From contig JBLDXI010000032.1 in NCBI GenBank assembly GCA_047495785.1, positions 1,550,001 to 1,614,000 of the forward strand: a stretch of DNA of 64,000 nucleotides, given 5' to 3'. Position 1 is the first letter of the stretch, and each line of letters begins with the position of its first letter. A program made the position numbers and the translations under genes. The notes beneath the pieces are model-generated. The model made no database searches. It had not been told where the DNA came from and saw only the letters and a program-made list of their open reading frames with translations. Origin of the DNA: Lepidodermella squamata (lineage: Eukaryota > Animalia > Gastrotricha). Positions 1 to 12,321 of this stretch are shown one piece after another.

Positions 1-999
1 CGAGAACAGCCGGTGATCGGCCGCTCGCCGTGCCGGAACCGGCACTTGTGCCGTTATTAACGTCGTAGTAATGCTGCATGCCTTTATTTTATTAAACCGC
101 GCGCGCGCAATTCAAAACCTTGATTCGGTTATGCAAGTTGAATTTATTAGATAAAACTTTTAAAATGATTCGACTAACGTCGACGAAAATGTGATAACGG
201 AATTTGCAAAGATGTGCGATGTCCTCGGTATACTGGTTTTCTAGCCACCCTGGTTGCCGCTATCCTCGGCCGATATTAATTTCGTTATTATTATAACCAA
301 ATGTTTAATCGAGACATCATGCGCGTGACAGCCGTACAGCCATGGGCGACAATTATACGATGAGCGAGCGAGCTTTTATTGTTATCTGTCTTAAAAATCA
401 ACGTGCGCGACATTTGCGCGCTCGCGCCTACGGGCGTTTGTCATTCGATACCGGGCGCGGTTTTAACACTTTAATCGCCTTAGCAATGACAGCAAGTGTA
501 TACGCGGTTGCGGTTCAGCCATCTGTAGACGCGCATTTTGGCATATTGGCGTGTGTTTTATTCCCTATAGACGTGGCAAGCATATAGTACCATTTCCACC
601 ATCTTGCGATAATTGATTTATTTAATTTCAGAAAATATTCCGCGGATTCTCCTCATTTCTCTCTTCAACCGCGTAACCTATAAAATTTTTAAAATATTCG
701 TGAAAATCATAATTTATGAAAAAATTCGTTTAAATTAAAAAATTAAATTTTAAATATATGCTCGGGAAAATTAAAAAAATCGAGCCAGTTAGGTGTAAAA
801 TGCTAGTGGTTGAAAATAGATCATTCTGCGTATCGTTTATTTTAAAATAAAATCAAATAACAGCTATAAAAACATTGATAAATGAAATAAGCCACCGAAA
901 CAAAGAAATAATATCATCATTTTGTCGAGGAAGAAGCGAAAGCTTTATATGATAGGCTCCAAGTTCACAAACAGCGTCGCGGTTTGAAATATTTCGAAT

Positions 1000-1495
1000 T
1001 TACCAGTTGAAAGTGCAGAATGGTGCGTAAAGGCTAAATAAAATAATAATAGAAATATTCAAATTTTTTCAGAAAATTGAAAATAAAAAAATCCACCTTA
1101 ATTTAAATTACTTGTTAAGTTACTTACTCGACACAGGCATCAGCAGCTTTGCAGTTGGTAATGTTGGTAGTTGGCCAGCATCGGCGGTTGAAGCAGACCA
1201 TACAGCTGCCCTCCCAAATCGATCTTTGGCAGTGTTGCAACGCAGTTCTAGGCCACAAAAAGCGTCAATTAAAATCGCTAAAAATATATCAAATCCACTG
1301 GACTTTACTTGACAGTTTCCATACGGCAGTCATATGGCTCCTTTGTGGTGGTCGTCGAGGACTGAGCCTGAGCGAGGTGACCAAGGACGGCGACCAGGAC
1401 GGCGCAAATAAACGCGGCTGAATTATAACAAAAAAATTAGAACATTTTTGCTAGCTGCTTGCTATAGGTCACGCACCAATTGTTACTTTGTACAT
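1000..1495 (-). CDS. Secreted 8-Cys small protein, family member 1 (RRCWP subgroup), 4 exons, 93 aa
   Basis: Exons 1495-1477, 1417-1309, 1247-1128, 1033-1000, all GT-AG, intron phases 1/2/2. Spliced protein MYKVTIAAFICAVLVAVLGHLAQA-QSSTTTTKEPYDCRMETVKTALQHCQRSIWEGSCMVCFNRRCWPTTNITNCKAADACVDLYAPFCTFNW*. Signal peptide plus the Cys spacing shared with six other loci. Confidence 0.9.
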
Positions 1496-2980
1496 ATTCA
1501 ATACGTTCGCTATCAGTAAATTGCTATATAAGCTATGGTGTCTTTTCGGGTTTCTCGAAGACTTTTCAGGCGAGCAAAATTGACTATGGTCTGATGTGTC
1601 GGCCAGTAATTTGTAGCTGTCTTGTATAACTAAGCTATACAGGCCGCGTATATGCCATCGTATAGCACAGCCCTTTACCTTAATGTCATTTTAATGAGCC
1701 TGCCGGTCGGGTTAATTAAACTGCTACACGAGCACGCGTGAAACACTTTTTTCTCCACCTATATAATTCATCGTTGCTAATGTTGTTTAGTATATGCGCG
1801 TCGCAATTTTTTTTTCTCGGCTGCTTTTAGATCATCACAACATGTGTCGATGCTTTGACACCCGCGGCGGCGCCTGCTCAACAAGTGCTCCGCTATCGAC
1901 AACCATCTACAATAACGACAGCATATTTCGCGCGCTTTTTTTCGCGCTGATTTTGCTGATATTATCTTCTTCAATAGCACTGTCTGTAGTGTATAAAGCT
2001 TAATACGTTATGGCTAATAGATTATCATGCTTTCCACGATGACGCTCGTTTGGTCAGCGCTGCGGCGGTGAGTAATGATGTTAAGGCTACGTAGTACCTA
2101 ATTCTCACACTCACGTCGGCAAACATGGAACGTTGCGTGTCGTTTTAAATGACAGGTGTATGTCGAATATCTCACTTTCAACGAGAATGCGGTATGCGGT
2201 ACTGCCTAGCTATAAAACTATCAAACATAACAACTGAGCTTTCATCATTCAGCCAACATTTTAGCGTCAATATATCAGTGATATATTGACACAGATGGTT
2301 CACAGATTGCGTATAGATAGATTTGGATCGGTTTTCGAACTTTTACTCGGGTTTCGGGTTCGGTATTCGATATTCGGTTCTGCTGGATGTAAATAATATG
2401 GTGGCTCTCTAATTTCCTTGTATGCGTTCGCCTTTAGTCTCTTTCTATGCCCAACTTCTGTTTTTCCAAGTTTTAAGTTAATTTTTAATTGATGCATAAT
2501 ATTTTTTTATCGCGCAGGAATTTACATAAAATTAATTGAAATTTCCAAATTTACCAAATTACTTAATAAAAAAAATTGAAATTTTCGTGTGAGCTGAGTA
2601 TTTTTTTGAAATTATTATTTAAAGTGAAATTCGGTTTGCGATTATTGTTGGCGAAATTTTCGAAAAAAGCTAAAGTTGATTGAGTACGTTGCCATGGCTT
2701 AAACTTGCTCCAGCACGAGTCTCTATTAAGGTTTTTTTTTTTGTTCTGCCCAACATTTATCAGCCGAATTGCACATCGGCAATTTCAAGGCCACAAATTC
2801 GCAGACGATACTTAAAACATATTTGACCTATAAAAAATGTCTCTATAGCCAGCGAATGGGCCTGGTTCCATTTTTGCTTCAGGTGCGTTTTCTTATCGTC
2901 GTCTAAACGAAATGCAAATTAACGTCCGAAAAATCCGAATTACCTCAATTTTATTGCTTTGTTTTATTGCTGCATTAAAA

Positions 2981-5044
2981 TCACCATATCACACATGAGG
3001 CCTTATTGCGATGCACCTGAGGGCAGTGGAACGCGTTCGCAAAATTTGAACTCAATCTCGCGACGCCATTGACGCGGAATTTCGGATGCGAATGGCTGTT
3101 CAGAAGCAAAGAATCGTAATTCTCATCGATATTCATGCATTTCGACTGAGCATAGGACACGAAAAATAGTTGATCATCCGCCTGTGATGATACCGAGGAG
3201 TGTTTTCCTTCGAATTCCTCAAAGGCAAATTCAACCGCAACGTTGTCTGCTACGTCTTCTACAAGAGACATATTGCTGCTCGGTACCTTACCTAGTTGGG
3301 CGTAAAATTTCGATAAACACTGCTTCCGTTCGGTAACAAATTCATTATCATCGAATAACCAAGGCGGAAGACGATCGCTGTCAAATGAATGCGCAAGTTC
3401 GTGAAGAAGAGTTGCGAATAAATGGCCATAATTCACCGCTTCAGGGTATGAATCATCGTAATTAGGCGGCATCAGCAATGGCAATAGCAGAGTTATTGCC
3501 CTTTCCGATCCGCCGTGGAAAAAAGCGTTCGCCGCCAGGAAGATCTGACTATGATCTTCGCCGTTACTATGCAAACGACCGAAAGCTCTTCGAATATTGA
3601 AAAAATTTGCGTTGATATGATTCTGAAGATGCGATTGAGGGCTGATGACCAACTCATCGTAAAATTCGTCCAAAATCGATTGATTCACCGACCATAAAGG
3701 GGGATAAATCGCGAACTTGAGATTATCAATTTCATTAAGGAGGATTTCTTGAGTTTCTGAGCTGAATTTTTCCGAAGATACAACTTTCCGCCGAAAAACG
3801 AGTGATGCGTCTGCCATCATTTTTTCGAGGTAAACAACGGTTGATTCGTCGAAATAATTCCGCCTATACAACGAGGCGACAGCTATTGGCATCATGGAAG
3901 CCACCTCAATGTAGCATCGTCTTGAAGTTGACGGTCTTCTAACCAGGTGCCAGAATTCATTTGCACTTAAAAGGCTTAGGAAAATGTTGACAGCTCGCCG
4001 CCCGCGAAAGGTGAAATATTTTTTGTAAAATAGGCGGCACATTTCCGTTAGGAAGCAGCAAAGATTACGATCAAGGTGAAGATTGTTGTCAAAACCAAAC
4101 CCAACTTTAGATCTGATGATGTTGTCAATAGATGGCCAGAATAGGATAGGGCAGCATTTTTGGAATTTCGCAATTGGATCAGTGATGTAGGCGAACGTTT
4201 CGCAGCGATTAATTCGAGTTAATTCGTTTAAATGATCAGCAAGACTTGCAACATCTTCCATTGTTTGCCTTGAGATATCCAGCGCGAGATAAGCGACAAT
4301 TTCATGGATTCTCTCGAGCCTCATCAGGTTCAAGTTACCGGGTCTCGAAATGGAAGATGGCGTAATTTCAATGATACTTTTGAGCGAATATTGAAACAAA
4401 TTCTCAACGTTGAATTGCAGAACTGAGTAGTTTGAATCTCGATTTGAAATAGAATATATGCTTACGAAACTATTGACCAATTTTTTCAAAGACTCGAATT
4501 TTTCCTCATGCGATTCTCGACAGGCTTGGAAGTAGTGCGCGACCTTGAGATCAGTTATCCAACCAGTTTCTGGGTCAATTTCTTCTTCTATAAAAATTAT
4601 TTCAAAATCAGAAAAATTCAAAGTAATTTTCATACCTATAATGTTGATGATTGAATCATCGACATTTATGTCAGAAGCACTGTGAAATCGCGAATTAGCT
4701 AAATTGCCGCACGAGTATTGATAAAAGTCTGAGCAAGGGTCAACAGATGCATTCATAACGCTGAACATCAAAGCCATCCGCCTTAAACATGACCTAGTTT
4801 CACATTTCGACGCAATTTCGTCCTTGGCGTTCTCCAGTGACCTAATTATATGGCTTTGAGGTCGAGCTATCGAAAACCAGAAGAGCAATATAATGACTAT
4901 GGTTGTTATTATTACAATGCCAATTGACGATCTGCCAAAAGCTGGAAGAAAAATTGCAAAGAAATCAATTAAAATAGTTAAATAGTTAAAATTACCTTTT
5001 AAACGATAATTTCTTGATGGGAAATTTCCCGTCGATTGCCTCAT
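2981..5044 (-). CDS. M13 family (neprilysin/ECE-like) type II membrane zinc metallopeptidase, ~653 aa
   Basis: N-terminal TM anchor, VDPCSDFYQYSCG, ANAFF, HELAH zinc motif, EDVAD, HSHPKFRVNG and C-terminal CVIW. Two stop-free 3n introns (4942-4995, 4588-4635) lie inside the 704-aa ORF. Likely ATG at 5044. Confidence 0.92.
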   Translation of the reverse strand: MRQSTGNFPSRNYRLKGNFNYLTILIDFFAIFLPAFGRSSIGIVIITTIVIILLFWFSIARPQSHIIRSLENAKDEIASKCETRSCLRRMALMFSVMNASVDPCSDFYQYSCGNLANSRFHSASDINVDDSIINIIGMKITLNFSDFEIIFIEEEIDPETGWITDLKVAHYFQACRESHEEKFESLKKLVNSFVSIYSISNRDSNYSVLQFNVENLFQYSLKSIIEITPSSISRPGNLNLMRLERIHEIVAYLALDISRQTMEDVASLADHLNELTRINRCETFAYITDPIAKFQKCCPILFWPSIDNIIRSKVGFGFDNNLHLDRNLCCFLTEMCRLFYKKYFTFRGRRAVNIFLSLLSANEFWHLVRRPSTSRRCYIEVASMMPIAVASLYRRNYFDESTVVYLEKMMADASLVFRRKVVSSEKFSSETQEILLNEIDNLKFAIYPPLWSVNQSILDEFYDELVISPQSHLQNHINANFFNIRRAFGRLHSNGEDHSQIFLAANAFFHGGSERAITLLLPLLMPPNYDDSYPEAVNYGHLFATLLHELAHSFDSDRLPPWLFDDNEFVTERKQCLSKFYAQLGKVPSSNMSLVEDVADNVAVEFAFEEFEGKHSSVSSQADDQLFFVSYAQSKCMNIDENYDSLLLNSHSHPKFRVNGVARLSSNFANAFHCPQVHRNKASCVIW

Positions 5045-5459
5045 TGTTAATCTTGAAAGAAAAAAGTAGAAACCAGCATAGCGAATCGGGATCAAAATAG
5101 TCTAAAGCAAACAATCATCCGTTTTTTTCATGGACGGATTGGTCAGTTATAATATAGCTAATTATGCATTCAGAATTGTTTGCCTTAGAAACCGCTATTT
5201 TTTGATCAGCAAACACGGCGCCGACGACGATAGCAGAGCCCTATTAATGCACTGCACTGGAAACTGAGAACATAAATCGATTTTCTTACGGGCGCGATGG
5301 ATTTAACTAACCGTTTTTTTGAGACATTTATTTTTTTCGCTGCATCGATAAATCAAGAGCACACAGGTTAATAGCACCGTTGATGAAAATAAAAGCATCA
5401 GGTATCATAAAATAATTGAAAGCAAGCTGATCTAGCGAAATAATGTCAAAACTAATGGA

Positions 5460-7761
5460 TCAAAATGCGAAGAGCCAAATTAACCAGGTAGCCAAGATTG
5501 AGTAAGCTGGTGACATGATGGAACCGGAATTTTTCGTCGACCCAGTCGTGTCGTCGCTAGGCAGCGGAGTGCCATAGGGTGGGGGACACATAGCAGCTAT
5601 CCGTCTCTGTTGTATTAGCATCGAAAATTGATCCTGAAAATTTGATAATGAAGTCATGACTCACCGCTGTTTCTTCTGTAGGGCCGCGCAGGCCGGCAGC
5701 ACACGCCAAAGCCCACCTTAAAAAATCGATAATTTTTCAAATTGAAAATTGGACAATAGGCTTACGCGATGTAGGACTGCTCGAAAACACCTGAGAACAG
5801 CTCTGAGTAGACACCAGTAGCATAGACAGGAACATCCTCGCCACCGTGAGTTTCAGACTCAAGTGGAACTGAAGAAAATAGGAAAAATCACGTCGTACTA
5901 TTAGTTAATTTGAACATGATTACCTCGACTCTGTTGGTAATATTTACGGGCAGTCGTTTCGGCGAGAGTGTTATTCTGCCGACTGCCTTCATAGCCCATC
6001 TTACCGTCCGTTCCAACCAGCTTAGCGCCAGGACCATTCGCGTAGGTCAGAGAGGTGTAAGTCTTCTTGTCGTCCGCCAAATCGACACTGAGGCCAAGAA
6101 TGCTATCCTCGTGGCGGAGGTAACCTCCCATCGTCAAAGTATGGCTGTGATCCGCAGTCACAACAATGATTGTCTCGGTAAGGTCAACCATTGATACGAC
6201 CTTTTCAATAGCTCGATCGAATTCGACACCCTCCGTTAGGGCGTAACGCGCGATGCCGTCATGGTGGCCATGATCAATTCGGCCTCTAAAGAAAAACGTT
6301 AGAATATCAAAAGTTAATCCCTGAGAACATGCCCTTCAACAAAGAGGAAGTAGCCCTTTTCGTTTCTGCTTAAGATGTCGACAGCTTTTTCTGCCATATC
6401 AGCAAGTCTAGGTTGGTTCGGTCCAGGGTTATCGTCAACATAGGTCAAATGGTCCCAGTTGAAAAGTCCCAGGGCATAGTCGAGATTTGCATCGTCCAGT
6501 GCTTTCAATTCGCTAATGGTCGAAACATATCGGGCCTTTTTACCGTCTTTCGATCGATCAGCCACCCATTCCTTATTAAGCACAAATCAATCATGGTGGC
6601 TTACGCGATTTTGATAGGCTCACGTCGATAAGATTACGACCATCAGTCCTTGCACCAACTTTACCGTTATCGTCAGGATGCGAAACTGAGGTAGGAGTTA
6701 GCTGCACATAGGAGAAAAATTATCTGAATCTGCATAAGGTATACTTATGAGCTTACGTATCCTCGTCCACCAGCAAAAGCAACTTTGAGGTGACGAGCGT
6801 TCTCCACAAATTGCAGGGCAATGTCCTTACATTTAGGATGTGTGACATGGTAATTATGCTGGAAAATCCAGAAATATATATTAATGGGAATTTGAAGTGA
6901 TTTATCGCTTGCCTTTGTGGTACTTAGGTACTCGTAATTTCGCAGGGGTGCCGGAATGTGAGCATATAGAGGTGAAGGTGACGCATGGGTGATTGTTGTA
7001 GTCGTCACAAGTCCAGAAACTTTACCCTCGCGAACGGCCCAGTGAGCTAGCGACTCGATACGGCCCTTGGTTGTCTCTGCAAATCGAAATTCACGGATGG
7101 ATTGTTAGTTCTTTATAGGTGGGAATGCAATTTACCGCATTGAAGGTCTCCGCTAGCATCAAGTCCGATGAAACCCATGCGGGTTTTAACGCCTGATAGG
7201 TACGCTGTTGCTGTTCCAGCACTATCAGCAATTACGCTGTCCAATTCATAGGTCTAAAAAGCGATACAATGTCATCAGCCTATTACGTCTAAATCTGTAT
7301 CCAGCTTACTTTGGAATATCCCGAAAACGGGAATGTATCCCATATGAGGTGATTCTTGTAGAAAGGGTCCTTACTGTAAGTTTCTTTGAACTTTCGAATA
7401 GAAGTAACTCCGGAGACCCCCAAACCATCGCCGACGAACAGAATCTGAAAGAGTTTTTATTATGTTTGGAGAATTACTGAATCCAAATTTTACAATGTTC
7501 TTCGCACGTCGGTTTCGGTTTGAGGAGCTGAAACCCATCTTTTTCAGTTTATCCATCCTAGCTGCGATTGAGTCTGTGCTTTCTTTGTACCAATACTCAG
7601 CATTCAGCTTTTCGCCCAGAGCCGGGTCAAATTCCATGATACTTGGACTGCTTTCACCTGGAAATTCAGATCAAATTCAAGATCAGGCAGAAAAAACAAT
7701 CAGATTGCTCACCTAGGCTTAGGAATAAAGCGAAAATGGCTCCGACCAACGCCAGATTCAT
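5460..7761 (-). CDS. Alkaline phosphatase 1, multi-exon, signal peptide and GPI-anchor-type C-terminus
   Basis: Spliced motifs [25 protein letters not shown] (catalytic Ser), [30 protein letters not shown]. Signal [17 protein letters not shown]. Hydrophobic tail [12 protein letters not shown]. Confidence 0.93.
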
Positions 7762-9434
7762 TATCGACTTGTAGAAGAGGTTCGAAGTTGAGGATTCTTA
7801 TAATATTATGTTATGTTAGAGTGCCGAGTTTTTATTCTAATCGAGAAAAAGCGACAATGGAAAAAAATTCCGCTGTTAAGGCAGCTTTTTTTATAATCTT
7901 GTGTTAACGAAGTCAAGTGAAAAAACAAGCGGAACGAGGCGCAGCGCGAGTTTTTACCAGTTGAAGTTTAAGTGACGGAGCCTTTTCGAAATAAGGATCA
8001 AAACGAGTTATCTACCATAATTTTCAGGGACCAATTTATGCAATTTTGTTTCTCATCCCAATCCAATTTTCTGCCGAATAAATCAGATGCGTATTACTTC
8101 GCCGAACATGTACAGCCCAGCGCGAAATTATTAGAGCTGATTTTTACTGAAATTGCTGCAATTTTAGCAATGCGGAATTTGTGCTAGAACGCTCGCGTCT
8201 TCGCTAACACTTGTGTATGCGCGTGTTTTTTATTGCGAGGGCAAACATTTTCACTCGCCGCATCGCGATACTACGTTCAATAAACAGGAGACACAAAAGC
8301 GGCTTCAAAGCATGGGAATCGTTGAAACTCGTCTCCGCACTAAATCGCACGCGGCTGCGCCTCGTTCCACTATTGGTTCGACTCGTTTAACGTCTCGACC
8401 AACTCGCTTCACACGCCCTTCGCAACTAGGCTCGGATTCACCTATTTTTAATTCAAAGGCACCGCAGCGCTCAGCTTCTGCAACCTCGGCTTACGACTCA
8501 GTTGTTAGCAGCGTTTTGTGTGCGCTATAGAAATGAAATTACTGCGTGCGTAAAATTGCGTTGCTCCTGATATTTTATGAAAATGAATTTGCGCGCACTA
8601 ATTCGCTAATTATAACAACGCTCACATTTTAAGCGAAAAAACTGCAAATTAGAAATCGCGCGATTTGCATTGTGAAGTTAGAGGCGGTGCTCTGATCTGA
8701 TACAAAACAGTGCGACAAGACTTGGCACAATGGGTATAATTTGTTGGGCGTGTCTGCACCAGTTTCATGATGGTTCAATTAAGCAATTTAACATCGCAAT
8801 ATCGCTGTGAAATTGCCCTACATTTGTTACACCTGTGCCTTATCCACAGGAGCGATTGGTGTCCTGATGTAATTGATACAGTTGAGCCGGCTGCTGGTGA
8901 TAAAATTCCCACCGCAAATTTGCATTTTTTCCGCCTGAGTGCCGAAAAAATGGCCGATAACAGAAATGACTTCCGCGATATGACGTTGAGTACACATTTT
9001 TAGAAAAAAGGGAAAGTCCAGTCTAATTTTGGACGTTGAACCCGATGGCGTTAAAAAATCTGGGTCGAAAAATTGAGACGCTCCCGCCAGAAAACAACAA
9101 AAATATTCATTTCATTTCATTTAAATTTTATTTATAATGAAATTTTATTTTGCTGGGTTCGCAAATGTGTTCAGAAAAATTAATGTTTCCTATTTTCCGA
9201 CTTAATCCTTTTTTAAAGGACACGTCCATTAACTATAGACTATAGAGACAACCGTTCGTAGAGGCATGTGGGCTAATATACAGAATTTATTATGCTTAAA
9301 TAGAGGCAAACCGCTACATTATAGCGACAACATTGGATAGAGACGCCAAAAATAAAATAGAGACAAATCGAGACGTGATAGTGACAAATCCATTTCCATC
9401 CATTTTCCGTTGTCAATTATTGAGCATTGTCATA

Positions 9435-9814
9435 TTAAGCTGATCTTACTGCTGACTTTCCAGAAGTCAAAGCGCGCGCCTTGTTCAAAATTGCGCACCA
9501 CGATCGGTTCGAGATTCGATCGAACGAGGCGAATTTGCCGTGCCTTACGCAGTGTTCCCGCCATTGCTGGAAAGCTTTATGTGTCAGCTTCGGTGGCGTC
9601 AAACCTTTTGAATAATCGATCAAATCGTAAAGGGCTTCAAGGTCGCTCTCCTTCCATTTTAGGCGCCGTTTCACTATAAAAAGCAGTACATTGTAAAAGG
9701 GGCATAACAGAAAAGCATGGACTTACTGCTCCGCGAATGTTCTCGCCTCTCTTCAGGACTTTGAGTCGTTAAAGAAGGAGGTGGAATCTGTATCGTTTGA
9801 AGCGATTCTGCCAT
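9435..9814 (-). CDS. Small two-exon protein (~108 aa) with a single Myb/SANT-like helix-turn-helix
   Basis: Exon 9814-9727 (MAESLQTIQIPPPSLTTQSPEERREHSRS) plus a 53-bp GTAAGT..TAG intron (9726-9674) joins in frame to KRRLKWKESDLEALYDLI...NRSWCAILNKARAL. The W-x3-D-x2-L and RS-x2-AI-x-NK patterns resemble Myb-like repeats. Confidence 0.6.
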
Positions 9815-10254
9815 AGTTTAATATTCAATTTCGAGCGTGCTAAATATTGGAGAAAATAGGTTGATTTTTTGTGGAAAATTTGCGCATAATGTTTTTGAAT
9901 AAAAAATCCATAATATGATCGAATAATCAAGAATGTCAATTGATACGAATTTGACAAAAAATTGACCTGGGAGAAATGGTAGGAGAAATGTTAAATAAAA
10001 AAGAGATGTGACCTGATACTTCAATCGTGTCTTCCTTTTATAATCGTTTGAGCATGTTTATTGCGTAATTACTTCAAAGTTAAGCTGTTCAACCGCTCGT
10101 GTAGTGCGGCGCAAGACGTCACCTGTATGTCGCGTGTCGCGTGTCACCTCGCGCCTTGCCCTTCAGCCTTGCCCTTCAGCCTTATACAATTGCTCTAGAT
10201 TAAAGTATTTCTCAGAAAAAAAGTTAACTTTAATTTTGACCTCGTGCACTCATT

Positions 10255-10790
10255 TTTACGAATTGTTCAACGAGCCATTCGACAAGGAGTAAAAAAGAAT
10301 TCACTGTGAAATTGCAAAATAAATAATTCGAAATGCAGGTGATAAAAAAATGGGCATGCTTTTTCAAATATTCGTTGTGGCGATGAATTGATCATCCTCT
10401 TAATCAGTAACAACGACTTCGCGACGGCTGCTTTGCCTGAATACAATAGAGGATCAGTGGCTTAGTGAACAAAAGATATTTGCGGAATTTTCGTGGGGCT
10501 TTCGGGACGGCAATTCCAGCAAAATGGTCGATCGAGCCGATGGTGCAGCGTATCGTTAAAACTCAACCCGGATCTAATGAATCCTTGGTGGGCGCGATGG
10601 GCAGCTGGCCGCCCAAATCACCATCGAAAGAATCCAATCAACGACCTCGAAAAAATTGCCAATTGTTCGGAAATTTTTCAAAATTATTTAGGAGTAAACT
10701 TTGGGCAATTCAGCAGCATTGTTACTTTATTAATATCTTTCTTGATTGCGCGTCAACAATGGGTTCGAATATGATCACATGATGTCCCTA
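10255..10790. repeat. Diverged copy A of the spacer in the ~5-kb tandem duplication unit carrying AP2/AP3
   Basis: Colinear similarity to ~15425-16255, e.g. gcgatgaattgatca, ttgcctgaatacaa, tggcttagtgaacaaaaga, aattcagcagc. Confidence 0.8.
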
Positions 10791-10859
10791 GTTTTCCATG
10801 TTAAAAGGCATTTGCATCCAGTTAAAGGTATTAAACTTAAAAAATTAGCTTAATTATGG

Positions 10860-11240
10860 TTGAGTTGGCCGAAACTGCGATTATAGATTTGGATTTTCGG
10901 GAGTTTCCGGATTTTTCGCCAAGTGCGAAGTCCATTAAGATACAAAAATGCTGTCTAAATCGTTGGCCGAATCAAGCCAAACATTTCGTTCGACATAGTT
11001 CGGCCAGTATTCGAAAATATCGCCGTTGTTTAAGAAAATCCTAAAAGTAATGCGTTAGACGAAGTTGGCCGAACCTGTTGAGGACATCGATATGATATGA
11101 GAAGTCCTATTCGGCCAAGTTCGCTTAGGCCAAACTTGCTTCGACTAGGTTCGGCTAACCGGTGCTGATAGGTTCAATGAGGTTCGACCAAGCTAAAAAA
11201 GCTTCGGCTAGGTTCGACCAAGCTAAAAAGCTTCGACCAT
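10860..11240. repeat. Array of short direct and inverted TTCGGCCAA/TTGGCCGAA-type motifs, probably a transposon-derived subterminal repeat region
   Basis: Many copies of gttggccgaa / ttcggcca / ttcgacca. Direct repeat aggttcgaccaagctaaaaa at ~11180 and ~11210. Confidence 0.6.
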
Positions 11241-11573
11241 TGTTCAAAAACGGGAATTTTCAATTAAAACCGGCCGCAGTATTTTCGTCACCAACCTTTT
11301 CTCTCGAACCCCATTCTAACGAAAATTACAGGAAAGTTTACCGAAGACCTGATCTGTCGACTGGTGAAAACCGCATAAAAAATCCTCATGATCACGGATT
11401 TATTCAAAAAATGCGAGGCAAACAATTTATTAACCATACTTTATTTCCTCTGTTCAAGCAGTATATCTTCAGGTTACCCAGTGCGTGCTGTGTAAACTAA
11501 CAAACTCCTATGATTATCAGATTGAGTTTATTTTATTTTTAATCGGGATAATTAGGAAAAAATGCTGAAAGCC

Positions 11574-12003
11574 TCAATCATCAATCACTCGTCTGAAATG
11601 ATTTCCTGAATTTTCCCGGTCGATCACTCTGATATCCCAAAAAGACAGCGAACCTTTCTCATTGCTGTCACGCGGTTTGTCAGCGCAAGAGCCGGTAATA
11701 AATGAGCTGGGTGATGTTTCTAAAATTAGTAAGCATGAAACGCGACCAACGTGCTGCGGTGAAGTCATGACACATTTTCCACACCGAAAATCCCATATTT
11801 TGAATGTTCCGTCGTCCGCGCCAGTAGCTACCACTTTCGAGCCGAGACCTGGTAAGGGCTTGACATCCCAAACCCCAAACCCTGCCAACATGCTCTTCGC
11901 GGAATTCCGAGACGAGCTTCCCAACTTGGGTGTCAAAAACCCGAACTGCCGAGTCGAAGCAGGCTCCGACAAGCGCGTCCTTTGTTAGGTGCGCGCGCAC
12001 CGC
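11574..12003 (-). pseudogene. Orphan 3'-terminal exon of a WD40-repeat gene, frameshifted
   Basis: ACFDSAVRVFD, HVGRVW, ATGADDGTFKIWD, HVGRVSCL and GSLSFWD are split over two frames by a 7-bp tandem duplication (caaaccc x2, 11869-11882). An acceptor AG lies at ~12004 but no upstream exons occur before AP2. Confidence 0.75.
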
Positions 12004-12010
12004 CTATTGT

Positions 12011-12145
12011 TAAAACTTCGGCCGCGGTGGCCGAAGTGCGCGCGTTTGTGAACGAAAATCTAAACTTCGAGCAGCGATTGCGCAACTTCGGAGGCCTGTT
12101 ACGAAACTTCGGAGGCCGAAAACTTCGGACGCCTCTCCGAAGTAG
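12011..12145. repeat. AACTTCGG motif array in both orientations
   Basis: aaacttcggcc, gccgaagt, aaacttcga, aacttcggaggcc x2, aaaacttcggacgcctctccgaagt. Confidence 0.55.
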
Positions 12146-12321
12146 TTTGTGAACGCACTATAATAGTTTTCAGCTAATTCAGAATTCAGAATATTCGCTA
12201 ATAAAAGCGGCAAAATATTGTCTCAAATGATGGTTTTTTAATGGTAAAAGTTCGGAGTTGTCGATTTTCGGACTGTCTGTCCCGACATTAGAATTTGACT
12301 GACTTGATACATCTAACATAA

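Noticed and set aside
1-82. Minus-strand frame MQHYYDVNNGTSAGSGTASGRSPAVL running off the window edge
   Set aside because: Looks coding but is too short and truncated to support a call.
1794-2003. Short ORF with a C-terminal hydrophobic segment (possible membrane microprotein)
   Set aside because: No homology, paralog or splice support; T-rich DNA yields hydrophobic ORFs by chance.
10860-12145. CRISPR-like array
   Set aside because: Eukaryotic context; repeats are short, degenerate, in both orientations and irregularly spaced.
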